Shown here piece after piece: positions 29,049-37,535 of a DNA stretch of 48,796 nt; within the stretch, counting starts at the first letter, position 1, and each line of letters starts with the position of its first letter. Both the position numbers and the translations under genes were made by a program. The DNA is from Thermoproteota archaeon (GTDB lineage: Archaea; Thermoproteota; Thermoprotei; Gearchaeales; Gearchaeaceae), in assembly GCA_032249055.1 (NCBI GenBank), contig JAVVGP010000002.1:1-48796 (forward strand), given 5' to 3'. The notes under the pieces were generated by a model that saw only the letters and a program-made list of their open reading frames with translations, did no database searches and was not told the origin of the DNA.

Positions 29049-30062
29049 TTATTTAGTCACGTTTAAGTATAGTTGATTCCAAATTCCCATGTATTTAAAA
29101 TTATTTTGTGTAACCGAATAAGCCCAAAGCTCGAAGATTAGCTTAATATTTTCCCCTGTCATGTTTAATGCTAAGGTAATTTTCCTTATCTCAATTTGAT
29201 GATTAAAAAGAATGAAGCTATATACAGCTATTGGAGGAACATCTAAATAATTAGTTTGATTTACTATACTTGTAGCGTTACCAACTTTTATCAAGACTTG
29301 GTAATACATTATATGTCCTTCTTTATTTTCGACATAAAGATACAAAGTAAAGTTTTGTCCTAAGGTTACATTTTTAGGATAATCGCCAATTTTTCCATCA
29401 GGTCCAAGTATACCGAGTGATGAGAATGGATTTTTGTTTAGATCTGCTAAAAAATAATTCGAAACAAGAAATGCTCCTATTATTATTATTACTGTTAATG
29501 TAACAATCGTAATTTGCTCATCAATCTTATATGAACCTTCTTTATTCTCATTTCTTCTTTTATTAGATTTCAATTTAATTATTCTCCAATCTTTATGTGC
29601 TCTATACCAAAGCTCCCAATACAAGGATGGTAAGTATTTGTAAAGCATAAAGCCTATAATTACTAACATAACTATTTGAAATATGAAAAGAATCATGGAA
29701 TTCCTTTGGTTTATCATGGCTTCTTGTGCAATGCTAGGAACTTGATTCAAAACGTTTTCTGCAATTAAAAAAGCTTCATTATAATATTTTGATGCTAAAG
29801 TTGAGTTTATTTTTGAATAATAATTACCTAAATCTACTAGCTTAACTGCTTCATTAAGCTTGTTTGACAAATTTGTTATATTACCACCATTTTGTTCGGC
29901 ATGTAATAAAGCTTTATAAGCTTCTATAATTTTATTTTGGACCTCATCATAAGTAATTTGAGCATTTAAATACACAGAGTTATTTGATATAATAAGAATA
30001 GAAATAATTAAAGTAATTAGTAAATTTAATAATTTCTTTTTAAGATTATTTGGATAAATCAT
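29049..30062 (-). CDS. secreted/membrane protein with DUF1616-like C-terminal beta domain
   Basis: Signal/TM segment, helical region, two TM helices, then LGILGPDGKIGDYPKNVTLGQNFTLYLYVENKEGHIMYYQVLIKVGN, reminiscent of the extracellular part of DUF1616. First gene of the MoxR operon. Confidence 0.4.
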   Translation of the reverse strand: MIYPNNLKKKLLNLLITLIISILIISNNSVYLNAQITYDEVQNKIIEAYKALLHAEQNGGNITNLSNKLNEAVKLVDLGNYYSKINSTLASKYYNEAFLIAENVLNQVPSIAQEAMINQRNSMILFIFQIVMLVIIGFMLYKYLPSLYWELWYRAHKDWRIIKLKSNKRRNENKEGSYKIDEQITIVTLTVIIIIGAFLVSNYFLADLNKNPFSSLGILGPDGKIGDYPKNVTLGQNFTLYLYVENKEGHIMYYQVLIKVGNATSIVNQTNYLDVPPIAVYSFILFNHQIEIRKITLALNMTGENIKLIFELWAYSVTQNNFKYMGIWNQLYLNVTK

Positions 30063-30188
30063 TTGAATAACTTAATTTTTTTAAGAATGAGATAATGTGT
30101 CTATTTATTTAAAGTTGGAATATTTAATTCTAACCATAAGATTAATTAGCATCTTTCTTTGCTTTTGCCAGTCTTTGTGGATATTCAC

Positions 30189-30419
30189 CTATCTTTCAAC
30201 GAATCCAAGCGAATATGCTGCGACTAGATGCCTGTGTATATCGAGCATTGCTTCTATAATTCTATGCATTGCCTTTTCTAAAGCTAACATATCTTTGTAG
30301 TCTAGGTCTTCAATTTTCTTCGATAGTATTTCGTTTCTGATAAACTGCGTATTTCTTCTGCTTTCTTCGATTCTTGATGAAATAACCGTTTTATTTAATT
30401 TTGGATCAAAAGTTATCAA
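30189..30419 (-). pseudogene. HepT/DUF86-like HEPN toxin remnant (C-terminally truncated)
   Basis: EKAMHRIIEAMLDIHRHLVAAYSLG resembles the central helices of DUF86 proteins. The ORF has only 76 codons, starts at TTG and stops before any Rx4HxY motif. Confidence 0.4.
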
Positions 30420-30461
30420 AAGTTTAATTTCTATTAAAGCATCTGGTTTTCGTTCTGCTTT

Positions 30462-30794
30462 TTATGAGAGATGTTCAGTAATTTTAGGCTGTGCTTTGAT
30501 TATGATACCTTCTTTGAGTATTTTTGAGAGAATTATTGGATTTGTTTGGTTTAAGAGCACAATATCTATATGATCTTCGTTGATCTGTAGAGTTTTTGCT
30601 ATCTGGGTTACAATATATCCAATTTCTAGCAAATCTTCTTTTTTTAATTTTAGGGCTATATCTATGTCATGGACGCTGAACTTATTTTTTGCTATGGAAC
30701 CAAATAATATTGCTGTTTCAACACTTTCAAATCTTTCAAATAACCTTTTTAATTTAGGTAATACGTAATCCAGTATAAGCTTGTTCTTAATCAT
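30462..30794 (-). CDS. MntA-type minimal nucleotidyltransferase (antitoxin-like)
   Basis: ILFGSIAKNKFSVHDIDIAL fits the GSxxxGx(5-7)SDxD-type pol-beta NT motif. 110 aa, directly upstream of the DUF86-like remnant. Confidence 0.7.
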   Translation of the reverse strand: MIKNKLILDYVLPKLKRLFERFESVETAILFGSIAKNKFSVHDIDIALKLKKEDLLEIGYIVTQIAKTLQINEDHIDIVLLNQTNPIILSKILKEGIIIKAQPKITEHLS

Positions 30795-30832
30795 TTAAGG
30801 ATTTGTAAGTTTATTTTTTAGAAATGAGTTAT

Positions 30833-31174
30833 TTATCTTTTTATATTCGAATATGTTAATCCTAACCAAAAGATATAATTAGTATCTTTTAACCAATCTT
30901 TTATTTTTGGTATCATTATTACTGTTTTGATTTTTAATAACGCTTCTGCAACTTCTTTTCCTTTCTTCATTATTTTTTCTTTAAAAGAATTTAATTTCTT
31001 CATTATTGATATTACTGTTTCGATGATCTCTTTGTTTATTATCTTTTTAATTTTTGATAATTTCATGCAAGCAATGTAAAATGCTTTATCAATTGCTGAA
31101 AGATTATTCCATAATCCTTTTCTTAAGCATGATCTATAAAATCTTGATAGATCTGAAAATGATAAACTATGCAT
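30833..31174 (-). CDS. conserved hypothetical 113-aa protein, copy A
   Basis: MHSLSFSDLSRFYRSCLRKGLWNNLSAIDKAFYIACMKL... By my manual alignment it shows 15 mismatches in 342 nt against ORF 40744..41085, with both reading frames intact. Confidence 0.6.
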   Translation of the reverse strand: MHSLSFSDLSRFYRSCLRKGLWNNLSAIDKAFYIACMKLSKIKKIINKEIIETVISIMKKLNSFKEKIMKKGKEVAEALLKIKTVIMIPKIKDWLKDTNYIFWLGLTYSNIKR

Positions 31175-31197
31175 TTAATTAATTAATCACCTTATTG

Positions 31198-31205
31198 TTT
31201 AAAAA
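31198..31205 (-). promoter_or_regulatory. candidate TATA box of 113-aa gene copy A
   Basis: The minus strand reads TTTTTAAA, 24-31 nt upstream of the ATG at 31174. The same element sits at the same distance in copy B. Confidence 0.35.
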
Positions 31206-31250
31206 CTTTAAAATAAGACTATTCTTATTAAAGAGAATCTAGCGCCATAC

Positions 31251-31448
31251 TCAATTTTTTAATTAAATAATTACTTGAGGCTAAATTTTTAGCCTAAATT
31301 TTAAAAGTCAATGCAAGGAGCCATGTTTTCTTACAAAGGGGAATCATACAAATAAAACTCATATAAAATGGCTCTTACGTCTCTAAATTAAAAACACTTT
31401 TCCAAAAGCTAAAATTCTTCTACAAATAAGTAACCATTTAAAGTTTGA
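31251..31448 (-). pseudogene. remnant of the 3' end of a carbamoyltransferase gene
   Basis: The nucleotide sequence aligns collinearly with 41161..41355, the C-terminal coding end of ORF 41160..42866. The corresponding frame here carries multiple stops and indels. Confidence 0.5.
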
Positions 31449-31582
31449 TGTTATTGGTATAAAAATTATAACTAGCTTTGTGTTTTTCATTAAGACCATT
31501 TAAGGAGTCCTTAAATATTAAATATTTAGTTTTGGTTTAATGTTTGTTTTTCTTTTTATATATAATAATATTATATAATCCG

Positions 31583-31602
31583 GATTGAAGTATACTTCAA
31601 TC
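31583..31602. repeat. perfect 20-bp palindrome GATTGAAGTATACTTCAATC within an AT-rich imperfect dyad
   Basis: Read directly from the sequence. It is flanked by tatatataataatattatataat on the left and atatatataatatattact on the right. Confidence 0.9.
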
Positions 31603-31744
31603 TCAATTTCATATATATAATATATTACTATTTTATATGAGTATTCTGTTTCTTAGCGAGAATGCATTAATGCTATTATTGTATCATGAATACAATTATA
31701 AATGGCGCTCCTCAGAATTTTTGAAGTAAACAAGTCTTTCTTTT

Positions 31745-33154
31745 TTATGCTGCGCTACTATATTTATATAAGGCTAGATTGCCTCGTTGTGATATTTTTT
31801 TAAATCCGAGTGAGTAAGCTTCATAATCATTCCAATATAATAAATATAGGTTATGTTTTGGTACATTTTCAAATGCTTGTTGTAGACTAGGAAACATGTT
31901 ATATGTTCCGCCTCCACCAAATCCTATGATTTGTGCGTTTGTGTAATATAATGCCCATCCTGCGAAGTCTCCATATACTAATAGTATTATGTCTTTTTCG
32001 TTTTTTATTTGGTTTAGTAATGTTATTGTTGGTTCAATATCGTATAATGGTATTGATGTTTGGACCATACTAGTTGGCATCTTGCCTGGCATTTCATAAT
32101 ATGGGGGGATTATTTTTAGTCCTATGAATGTGAATGTTGATAAATTCATCAAAAGTATTATTGCTATCGTTATTGTTTGATTTTTACTAATTTTCATTTT
32201 TATTTTCCATACTGTATTTGTTGCGTATATTGCTAACGGTATTGCTAGTAATAGTATAATTCTCCATGGCTCTACCATTCCAAGTAGAAATGATGGTGAA
32301 ATTATTGTTGATAATGAGCCTAACAGTATTAATATTAACCAAGTAGTCATTACTTTATCTTTGAAGTAACCTATTATAGAAAGCGGGATAATAGGTAAGT
32401 AAAGTTTCATGATCATTATGATGTTTTGTGATTCATACATTATTGATTGAAATGTTGGGTATGTAAATATTGGGATCTGGTATAATTTGAGTAAGTTATC
32501 TATGTTTAAGTATTTGTATATGAAAAGTGTGAATGCTATAAATAGGATTGCTAGGAAGATTAGACCATGTTTGTTTTTAATATTAGTTAATGCTAGGATT
32601 AGTAATAATGATATTAGTATTACGCCTGTTAATTGGTGTGCTAAAATTGTTAGCGTTGTTAATATTATGAATGTTATTGTAATATGGGGTTTTTTTGTTA
32701 TTGATTTTATTATTGATACTGTCAATGTTAGAAAAACTAATCCGAGCATCTGGTCATGCAAATCCCAAGATATGCGTAGGTTAGCTATTGAAAGAGTCGT
32801 TATTATGGATGCGAGTAATGATTTTGTATTGTTCCATTGTAAGTAGTTTTTTGTTAATAGATATATTGATAATCCGAAGAATCCGTAAATAATTATTGGT
32901 AAAATTTTCATTGCTATTACTACATCGATTCCTATTGCGTATAATCCTCCTAATATAACAGTTTGGAACAATCTGTATGGCGGCCATAAACCTTCTTGTG
33001 CATGATATTTTGCATATGCAAAATATAATGGCGTATCGTATCCTATTGGATATGGGAATTGTATTTCTGGTATTGCTCTTATTGTTGCAGGAATTATAAA
33101 TGATAATATTATTGCGTGTTTTTTTAGATTTATTGTAACTTTTAGAGATTTCAT
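31745..33154 (-). CDS. GT-C-like polytopic membrane protein, short paralogue (469 aa)
   Basis: Hydrophobic throughout. It has an early loop PYPIGYDTPLYFAYAKYH. After the last TM comes DIILLVYGDFAGWALYY, which parallels the post-TM motif of the three longer paralogues upstream. 4-nt overlap with the upstream gene. Confidence 0.45.
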   Translation of the reverse strand: MKSLKVTINLKKHAIILSFIIPATIRAIPEIQFPYPIGYDTPLYFAYAKYHAQEGLWPPYRLFQTVILGGLYAIGIDVVIAMKILPIIIYGFFGLSIYLLTKNYLQWNNTKSLLASIITTLSIANLRISWDLHDQMLGLVFLTLTVSIIKSITKKPHITITFIILTTLTILAHQLTGVILISLLLILALTNIKNKHGLIFLAILFIAFTLFIYKYLNIDNLLKLYQIPIFTYPTFQSIMYESQNIIMIMKLYLPIIPLSIIGYFKDKVMTTWLILILLGSLSTIISPSFLLGMVEPWRIILLLAIPLAIYATNTVWKIKMKISKNQTITIAIILLMNLSTFTFIGLKIIPPYYEMPGKMPTSMVQTSIPLYDIEPTITLLNQIKNEKDIILLVYGDFAGWALYYTNAQIIGFGGGGTYNMFPSLQQAFENVPKHNLYLLYWNDYEAYSLGFKKISQRGNLALYKYSSAA

Positions 33155-35394
33155 GTTCTAGTATCTAATATTATTACTTTATTGTTCATGTATGCTATTT
33201 TGAATTGTTTGATCAAATGTTGATATTCTGGCCATGTTTGTATAGTTGCCGTTGGTATTCTTGGTATTACTATATAAGTTATATTGTTTTGTTTTATAAT
33301 TTGCCTTGTGTCTAATATTGACAATTCATTTTGAGTTGCGTCTTTTTGTGGATTTTGTCTTTTAATGTTTATTATTATGTTATTTTGTGTGCATGTTAGT
33401 CTAATTTGTCGATTATCTGGCGTATTTGTTACTGTTTCTGCATTTGTTGTAATAATTATTGTATCTATATCTGTATAAATTTTGGTATCTTGTGCTATTT
33501 CTATTAAGTTTACTTGTCTTTGTGGCGATATTTCTATTATGAGTGTTGTATTTTTGATTTGAAGATTTGTTTTTATTATGTAGTTTATAGTTAATGTAGG
33601 CATTGTACTTATTGTTATCGTTTTATTTATCATGACATCTTGGTTATTATATATTGTTTGAATTACTGCTATGCTTTTTTGCGCTTTTAATGTTGAGGTT
33701 GCTGTGAAGTTCTTCGTCATTAATATAGCAGTTGTAAAATCTTTTGTTGATGTTTTGTTCGTTGCAATGATTAGTTTTTGGTCATTTACGATTAATGTTT
33801 CATGATATTTCCCTTGTTTCCAGATACTTATTATTGGTGTAAAGGACTGGTTATAAGGGTTTTGATCTTGTATTCTAAAATATCCGTTTCTAATGTCATA
33901 TGTTGACTTTAATATTGCTGATGCTATATAATATCTTTCTAATTGTCCTTCTAGGAAAAAGAATCGGGGGTCAGCGTACCTATATACCCTCCTTTGCGAA
34001 TATCCTTCTATCCATTTCCCTATCATCTCATCTGCTATGAAAGTTTCGTTTGGTAATGTGTTTGTTTTTATCCAGTTTAGTGCCGCAAGCTTTTCATGAT
34101 CTCCATATGGATCATGTATTGGTACCCATGAGTTTACATTATTTATTGTTTGCAATCCTAGCGTAAATGTGTTTATTGATGCAGTTAGTGTGAGTATTAT
34201 AATTACTATTCCCTCTATTGTTTTATATTTCATTATTTTCTTTATAGCTTTGGATGGATGGATTGGTATATCTAGCATTGTAAGAGCTGTTGCTAGTAGA
34301 AGCGGGATTGGTTGTATTGAAAAGAAGAATATTCTGTTGTAATCGATTGCTATGCCTAACAAATATCCTTGTGTAGCTATTATTGGAAATAGGGACCAAC
34401 TAATTATTAGTGTTAAGTGTTGCGGTTTTATTAATTTATACGTTCCTAGCGATAGTAAGATTATTAATATGATCATAATTATTAGTATAATTAGGGAGAT
34501 AAACGGTAATGGGGATTTAAATACCCATGGTATTGTAACTATTGGATTAAATCTTAATTCATAGTATGCTGCTTCATTATATGTTAAGAATTGTGAAGGA
34601 TATGCGAGTGTGTATCTATATATTATGAATATGGTTAATGATATTATCAGCGAAGTAAGTATTGGTTTTGTTATTTCTTTTAGTGCGATTTTGTTTTTGT
34701 AAAGTATTAGCAAGAGTAACCATAGTAATGTTACTCCTAAATATATGGTGTAGGTTAAGTGGTGCGTTAATGGTAATAATATGCTTAATATTACTAGGAT
34801 AATTTTGTCTTTGGTTATTGGATTTTCTATTATTTTTATTATCATATAAAATGTAAATCCTAACAATATTAACCCTAATAAATTGGGATATCCTCCCCAT
34901 CCTAACATTTCTGAATATATTGGCATTACTGATGCATAAGCTGTTATTAATGCTGGTATCGGTTTTTTAGTTATTTTCTTTGCTATTAAAAATATAGGTA
35001 ATGGCTGTAATGAAAAAAATACTATTCCAAGTATTTTTAGTGTTGTTATTGGATCTAGAAAAATTTCTAGTAGCAATATTATAAAGAATGGTAATGGTGG
35101 GTACTGCCACGCTCCTATATTCCACATTGGATAAAGTCCTTGTTCTACTGTTGGATTGTTTACACCAAATGCTTTTTCTATTGTTGATTTGATTGCGTTT
35201 GCATACATTAACCATTCTCCTGGATCACTCCACCATGGCAAACTTCGTTGTGAAAATATTATTGTTACATAAGCCATAGGTATTAGTATTGATAAGGATA
35301 ATAATACAAGTTCTATTTTTCCTGAAGTCTTCTGATTAATAAAGTTCCATGCTTTTGTTATTTTTTCATCTAAAACGTTTATTTTACTGTTCAT
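33151..35394 (-). CDS. AglB/STT3-like-architecture GT-C membrane protein (747 aa), no WWDYG motif
   Basis: More than 10 TM helices, then a ~330-aa Thr/Asn/Ile/Gln-rich soluble domain. Motifs are SLPWWSDPGEW (first loop), SEMLGWGGYPNLLG and ALNWIKTNTLPNETFIADEMIGKWIEGY just after the last TM. Confidence 0.5.
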   Translation of the reverse strand: MNSKINVLDEKITKAWNFINQKTSGKIELVLLSLSILIPMAYVTIIFSQRSLPWWSDPGEWLMYANAIKSTIEKAFGVNNPTVEQGLYPMWNIGAWQYPPLPFFIILLLEIFLDPITTLKILGIVFFSLQPLPIFLIAKKITKKPIPALITAYASVMPIYSEMLGWGGYPNLLGLILLGFTFYMIIKIIENPITKDKIILVILSILLPLTHHLTYTIYLGVTLLWLLLLILYKNKIALKEITKPILTSLIISLTIFIIYRYTLAYPSQFLTYNEAAYYELRFNPIVTIPWVFKSPLPFISLIILIIMIILIILLSLGTYKLIKPQHLTLIISWSLFPIIATQGYLLGIAIDYNRIFFFSIQPIPLLLATALTMLDIPIHPSKAIKKIMKYKTIEGIVIIILTLTASINTFTLGLQTINNVNSWVPIHDPYGDHEKLAALNWIKTNTLPNETFIADEMIGKWIEGYSQRRVYRYADPRFFFLEGQLERYYIASAILKSTYDIRNGYFRIQDQNPYNQSFTPIISIWKQGKYHETLIVNDQKLIIATNKTSTKDFTTAILMTKNFTATSTLKAQKSIAVIQTIYNNQDVMINKTITISTMPTLTINYIIKTNLQIKNTTLIIEISPQRQVNLIEIAQDTKIYTDIDTIIITTNAETVTNTPDNRQIRLTCTQNNIIINIKRQNPQKDATQNELSILDTRQIIKQNNITYIVIPRIPTATIQTWPEYQHLIKQFKIAYMNNKVIILDTRT

Positions 35395-35399
35395 ATTAA

Positions 35400-37535
35400 T
35401 TATGTTGTTTGCTTCTTTACTTTGAAGATTATTATTAAATTGTTCTCAAATACTGGTATATATTTATCATTTTTTAGGAATTTTACATAATCTTGTACTG
35501 ACTTTGATAATGCTATGTAATCAATATTATATTTTTTGATTATTTCATCTACTGTATAAGCCCATAGGTGATCATTCCACCAACTTTTTTTTGCGGTTAT
35601 GAACGTCATACTGAGCTCTGCTTTAACTGTATTATTTGTTGGCGTGAATGTGTATAATACTCGAAGTTGCCCCCATTTTGGATCTGATCCTACCGTATAG
35701 TTCTTAGCGTTTGTTTCAATTTCAATTATTTTTTCATCTATGATTAGTCTAAGTTTATTTGAATAATACGTGTAATCTTTCAATTTTGATTCAAAGGGTA
35801 TCCATATTGGTATTTTTGTTTCTTGTAGTGTTGCATTTATCGTTGGTATTATTATGTAATTTATATTTACTGTTTTAGAATCTTTTGCGAGCCCTATTGT
35901 TTTTATTATTTTGAGAGATTTTGAATTATATGTTATTGATATTGATGCAGACGTTGGTGTTTTATTTATCCATGTTATGTTTGATATCGTTGCTTTATAT
36001 GGTGATTCAATCCATGTATTGTTAGCATATATAAATGATGTTTCTACTGTGCCATCTACTAGATATATGGCTTTTGTGTAGTCTGGTCCTGTTGATTGTT
36101 CTATCCATGGTGTTTTGTCTGTTTCATATGGTATTCCGTCTAATATTCTTAGATATTCATTTCTCATTTCTATGTTATATCCGCTAAGAATTAAGCTTGC
36201 TGCTTCATACCTTTCTAATTCTCCTATCATGAATATTTGAAATGGAGGTAATTGTAATAATGTTCTTCTTTCCGCATATCCTTCTATCCATCTTCCTAAA
36301 GTTTCATCTGCTACAAATATTGCGTTTGGCGAAGTATTTGTTTTTATCCAGTTTAGTGCTTCTAATCTTTGGTCTGAAGCATATGTATAATCTGTAATGT
36401 AATGATAATATTCATTTACTTTATATACTGTTATTACTCCAGTTAAAATGTTAATCATAACTGTAAGTAGCAAGAGTGATGCGACTATTATTTGGGGATT
36501 CAGGTTTTGTGTAAGTGTTTTGGAGTCATTCTTTTCTTTTAATATCGCTATGGTTATTGAGCTTAGTATTATTATCGCTGGTATTGAAAAAATAGGGAAT
36601 CTTCTCGGGTCTAATGCTATTCCTAATATGTATGACTGTGTGAAAAGAAATGGAAAAAATATCCAAACTAGTAATATTATTAATTCTTCTTTTTTGTTAA
36701 GGTAGTATAGTCCTAGTGAACCTATTGTTGCTGTTAGAAAAAGAAGCGATGCTGCTAATGGATCTTTAAATATCCACCAAAAAGCATCCATATCAAATGG
36801 TCTGTTTAATTGAGATGCATAATTAAATATTATATATTGAAATGGTCCTGCCAAGATTCTCCAAATTATGAAGGTAATTACAGATATTGTAATTGGAATT
36901 AATATTTTAAGTTGTGATAATTGAGCGCGTTTTCTGATGATACTTAAAAATGTTAATAATATAATTATTGAACCTATTACTGCGTAGACTATTAATGTTA
37001 AATGATGTGTTATTGAGAGTAGTGATGTAAAGATTGATGCCATTAATATGTTTTTGTTATTCTTTTCTCCTTTCATTATTTTATAAAGGTAGTATAATGA
37101 TAAGTTAAGAAACATTATTCCTAATAAATTCGGGTATCCTCCCCATCCGTACATTTCTGAAAAAGCTGGATGGAATGCTGTTAGCCATACTGCTATTATT
37201 CCTGCTTTGTAACTATTTGTTATTTCTTTTGCCAGTGGATATACTGTGAGGGGTAATAATGATATTAAAGTTATGCCTAGCATTTTTAATGATAACAATG
37301 CATTATGTGTTAGAATGATAAATATAGCCAATATTATATTAAAAAATGGAGGATATTGAAGTACTGTTTGATCCCAAAGTGGATATGTATTACCTAGTAA
37401 TGCGTTAGCATTTTTTAGCCATATTGCAGGATCATTAATTGGAGGAAAAGGATCTGGTCCAAATATTAATAGATATACAACGAAGTTTATAAACGAGGGA
37501 AGTATTAATAAAATGATTTGATTTTTTCTTTTCAC
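35400..37535 (-). CDS. AglB/STT3-like-architecture GT-C membrane protein (711 aa), paralogue
   Basis: PPINDPAIWLKNAN, SEMYGWGGYPNLLG and ALNWIKTNTSPNAIFVADETLGRWIEGY are clearly paralogous to ORF 33151..35394. GTG start in a GTGA overlap. Confidence 0.5.
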   Translation of the reverse strand: MKRKNQIILLILPSFINFVVYLLIFGPDPFPPINDPAIWLKNANALLGNTYPLWDQTVLQYPPFFNIILAIFIILTHNALLSLKMLGITLISLLPLTVYPLAKEITNSYKAGIIAVWLTAFHPAFSEMYGWGGYPNLLGIMFLNLSLYYLYKIMKGEKNNKNILMASIFTSLLSITHHLTLIVYAVIGSIIILLTFLSIIRKRAQLSQLKILIPITISVITFIIWRILAGPFQYIIFNYASQLNRPFDMDAFWWIFKDPLAASLLFLTATIGSLGLYYLNKKEELIILLVWIFFPFLFTQSYILGIALDPRRFPIFSIPAIIILSSITIAILKEKNDSKTLTQNLNPQIIVASLLLLTVMINILTGVITVYKVNEYYHYITDYTYASDQRLEALNWIKTNTSPNAIFVADETLGRWIEGYAERRTLLQLPPFQIFMIGELERYEAASLILSGYNIEMRNEYLRILDGIPYETDKTPWIEQSTGPDYTKAIYLVDGTVETSFIYANNTWIESPYKATISNITWINKTPTSASISITYNSKSLKIIKTIGLAKDSKTVNINYIIIPTINATLQETKIPIWIPFESKLKDYTYYSNKLRLIIDEKIIEIETNAKNYTVGSDPKWGQLRVLYTFTPTNNTVKAELSMTFITAKKSWWNDHLWAYTVDEIIKKYNIDYIALSKSVQDYVKFLKNDKYIPVFENNLIIIFKVKKQTT

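Larger units (their letters stand above)
30833..31448. repeat. direct repeat, copy A (113-aa gene + promoter + decayed carbamoyltransferase 3' end)
   Basis: Collinear with 40744..41355. The gene part is about 95% identical. The part beyond the promoter is much more diverged but shares ordered anchors (aaataattac, gctaaat, agcct, aaagtc, gcaag, catttaaagtttg). Confidence 0.7.

Noticed and set aside
31279-31294. Small hairpin ggctaa-attt-ttagcc, and the 10-bp palindrome gcattaatgc (about 31663-31672), both in the spacer.
   Set aside because: Both are short and expected by chance in AT-rich DNA. The first lies within the decayed carbamoyltransferase remnant, and its counterpart in the intact gene is ordinary coding sequence.
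31241-31709. GC-rich 8-bp inverted repeat agcgccat ... atggcgct about 450 bp apart, considered as possible MITE terminal inverted repeats.
   Set aside because: The repeat is too short and there are no target-site duplications. The left copy falls within sequence that aligns with the intergenic region upstream of 113-aa gene copy B, so it is not an element boundary.
32781-35215. Minus-strand ORFs in alternative frames (32781..32987, 34616..34900, 34967..35215).
   Set aside because: They overlap the GT-C-like genes in a different frame. They are explained by the T-poor, and therefore stop-poor, coding strand of this segment. Their translations are Asn/Arg/Ile low-complexity strings.
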